Below, piece by piece: positions 60,886-64,000 of a DNA stretch of 64,000 nt. Source of the stretch: the human T2T-CHM13v2.0 reference genome, Homo sapiens; the NCBI RefSeq assembly GCF_009914755.1, contig NC_060928.1, one strand, 5' to 3'. Both the position numbers and the translations under genes were made by a program. The notes under the pieces were generated by a model. It had not been told where the DNA came from and ran no database searches. It saw only the letters and a program-made list of their open reading frames with translations. Within the stretch, counting starts at the first letter, position 1, and every line of letters begins with the position of its first letter.

Positions 60886-62879
60886 AAATTGGCTCCCGTT
60901 CATGGGACACTCACTGTTAATGAAATGTATTGGACCTTGTAAAGGCTGAGATTATTTCCTAGTTTTTTCTTGCTGTCTCAGGAAACAAATCATAAGTAGA
61001 TAGGATGGAATAAGGAGGATTTGCTAGTTCTTCATTTGTGAATGATGGAGGTTTTAAAATTAAGCACAGGGCAGTGTGAAAACAGGAACTTGCCTGTGTG
61101 GACTACCATTTTTGTTTTATATGCAAAGGGAAATCATTGTCGTATGGTCTTTGTACACCCAGCTTATAAGGGTGTCATTAGTCAGTTCTTTATTTCTTGG
61201 ATCTTGGGTTTAAGATGCTACACAAGTATGAGATGTTACGTTCTCAACTCTTACTATATTTTTTCTTTAAAAGTCACACAGTTTTTGTTTAAAGTGGTAT
61301 GTAGGAGGGTTTTAGAAAACACATTTTATTCCCACTCTCTTGTTCTGTTCCCTCAGTACCATCTGGTATGAGGGAGAGCCTCCTTAATTGACACTAATGA
61401 CCGGGAGATCCATTGCAAATTACTAAATTTTGCAGATTAGCAAACATGATTAGAAAAATCAAGGAGCCTGCATTGAACTAATGTATTTTGTTGAGAACTA
61501 AGAAAAAAAGTTAAGCACATTATTAGAGCTTAATATTTTAATATAAATAGATATTTTATAGAAGTTGACTATGCCATTAGGGAACACTAGAACATAATGT
61601 TCTGTGGAAGAAATTAGTTGCAATTTAAGAGGGAAATGTCCTCATGCTTTATGCATTTTCTGAACTCTACAAATATCTATATTGTACATGAACTAAGACT
61701 AAGGTAGTCGTTCCTGAATCTTAGACGTCATCTAGTGCCATTTGTTCTGATGCAGGAAATGTATAGAGATTATTTGTGTACGTGTGTCCCTTTATGTTGT
61801 GTCTTATTGCTTTATAATAACACAGCTTATGTTAATGGAAATTTTGTGGTTTGTAAACATTTAAAATGTCAGCTGTTGAGGCTCTTAACATTTATTACTC
61901 TCAATTCCCATTCCTCTGTTTTCCCAGCTCTTTATCGTTCAACAAAATCTCTCGCTTTCTCCTACACACCAGTGTAAATAGTTTAATACACACAATCCAT
62001 ATATGCATACAACTTTTTTAGGCCCAGCTGTGTGTGTCTTCTGTATCCTTCAGGAATTCAGTCATCAATAGGGGAGGAGGAGGGATGGAAGAGGAGAGAG
62101 AGTAAATGCAGAGGAAAAATTCATAGCATAGATTCAGAGACTTTTTTCCCTGACTTTGAGGATTGCAATATACAATATGGTATATTGTACTAACATAGTG
62201 GTATTCTCAGCTTCTTTTCAAATAAAAATCTCTTTGAATTTCAGTTGAAGTGTGAAATTTTGAGCTTGAGCGATTGTTGCTCTGACATAGCCACTTTTCT
62301 GAACACAAGGAAACTGGGATGAAAAAGATCACAGCCCCATTTACTTCACTGTGATACAGTCAAAAGCCGGTAGGAGGAGCATTCCCGGGAGAGGTAGCCA
62401 AGAAGTAACCCTATGTGTTCTTTCCAGCTGAGAACTGAAACATAAAACATCTTAGTTTGCTTCTGATGCAAAGTTAATGCTTCTGGAACTAGAAGCAAGA
62501 GGAGCAAAGAATGCACATCTGATTGACTGTGTGATTGAATTAAGAGAAATAATGTCATCTGTTGCTTTAAGACAAAGAGGAAGCTATGTGAATCATTACC
62601 TAATACATATTTCTTAGGCTAGGTTTTCTCTAGTGGAAGCTCTTAATCTACATTTGGTTTTTAAAAACAAGTTATACTTCAAAATTAAAAATTTTATAAA
62701 TATAAAAGCAATTACAAAATTACTTCAATCTGGAATGTTTTTGATTCAATTATAAATATATTAAACATACTACAGGAAGGAGATGAAGATACAATGCAAA
62801 AACATGGCACAATTTTACCTTTTTTTCTTATTAAATCTTTTAAAATATAGTTTCACTGAACTTTCCCACTTCTCACTGA

Positions 62880-63229
<350 letters not shown>

Positions 63230-63719
63230 TTAGATGTAAGTCTTATGTAAATTTAGCTTTTCCCCCTTTCATTGTAATTTCTTCAGAGTACTTTTTCTAA
63301 TGTTGTTTTCTCTTTTCTGCTGTTTTAAACACTATGAATATTTTTGTTTGAAGACTCTTCTGTAGTGGGAATGTCCTGAAACTTCAGGCCCCTAAAGGAT
63401 TTTAGATTATAAAATGTAAGTGACTTAGTCACTGACTATATTATGCTTATAACAGCTAAGACCTCACAGATCTTTCAGGCACATGTGTATGCATAGATTT
63501 ATTAAAATTCATCTGGAGAGAAACTTTCGCAAAAATGCATCATTCATTCCTGCTCCTTAAAAACAAACAAAATTAAAAAGAAAACCATTTTTTAAGCACT
63601 TACTATGTGCAAAGTTCTGCAACAGTGGGGGAAAAATAAATCTGCATATGAATGACTAGAATAATTAATTTTTTTCTATGGTTTTCTAGGACAATGTTTG
63701 TTCATTTCATAGTATCTGG

Positions 63720-63860
63720 CTTTTTTTTTAAGCTTATATTGGTTTACCCCCACTGAAAAAAAATTGAGAACACAATACAGAAGAGGGGTTAATTGCCTAA
63801 GCTTGCATCAGAAATGCTTGACAGCCCATGGCAGCATTGAATTGAATCAAAGAAAAACTA
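63720..63860 (-). mobile_element. MIR fragment; an L2 tail lies at about 63540-63630
   Basis: aaattgagaacac..agaggggttaattgcctaag; cattcattc..aagcacttactatgtgcaa. Confidence 0.5.
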
Positions 63861-64000
63861 AGAGTTGGATGATACAGCTTTTAAAACTATGGTGGATAAG
63901 GATGTATAGCATATTTTCAGGAAAGAGAAGAATCAATGATGTACCACTCAATAAAAGGAAAAAAAGATAATAGTGAATAGAAATAAGCTGTAATATTTTT

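Overview
AT-rich primate (human-like) genomic DNA, intergenic or deep-intronic and dominated by retrotransposon remnants. I see no recognisable host protein-coding exon, RNA gene, CpG island or CRISPR array. The only ORFs in the track with recognisable products are decayed LINE-1 ORF1/ORF2/ORF0 pieces; the rest look like chance or Alu-derived ORFs. Positions 1-9.8 kb are a nested L1 cluster: a near full-length, inactivated L1PA6-like element, an AluY and a 5'-inverted (twin-primed) L1, all inserted into an older L1M. The rest holds a 5'-truncated L1PA2, older L1PA15-16/L1PB pieces, about 14 Alu/FLAM/FRAM copies, THE1, MLT1, LTR33 and LTR16 LTRs, an ERVL internal remnant with its LTR, and ancient L2, MIR and CR1/L3 fragments. 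The best second-look items are an ORF0 homologue broken by one stop codon in the L1 antisense promoter, candidate + strand exons downstream of it (one hairpin-capped and exactly filled by a 46-codon ORF), a TF-motif cluster around a perfect palindrome, and several local duplication or templated-repair scars. I cannot support a novel biological system from the sequence alone. All repeat subfamily calls come from recalled consensus sequences read by eye, not from a RepeatMasker/Dfam run, and boundaries of old repeats are approximate.
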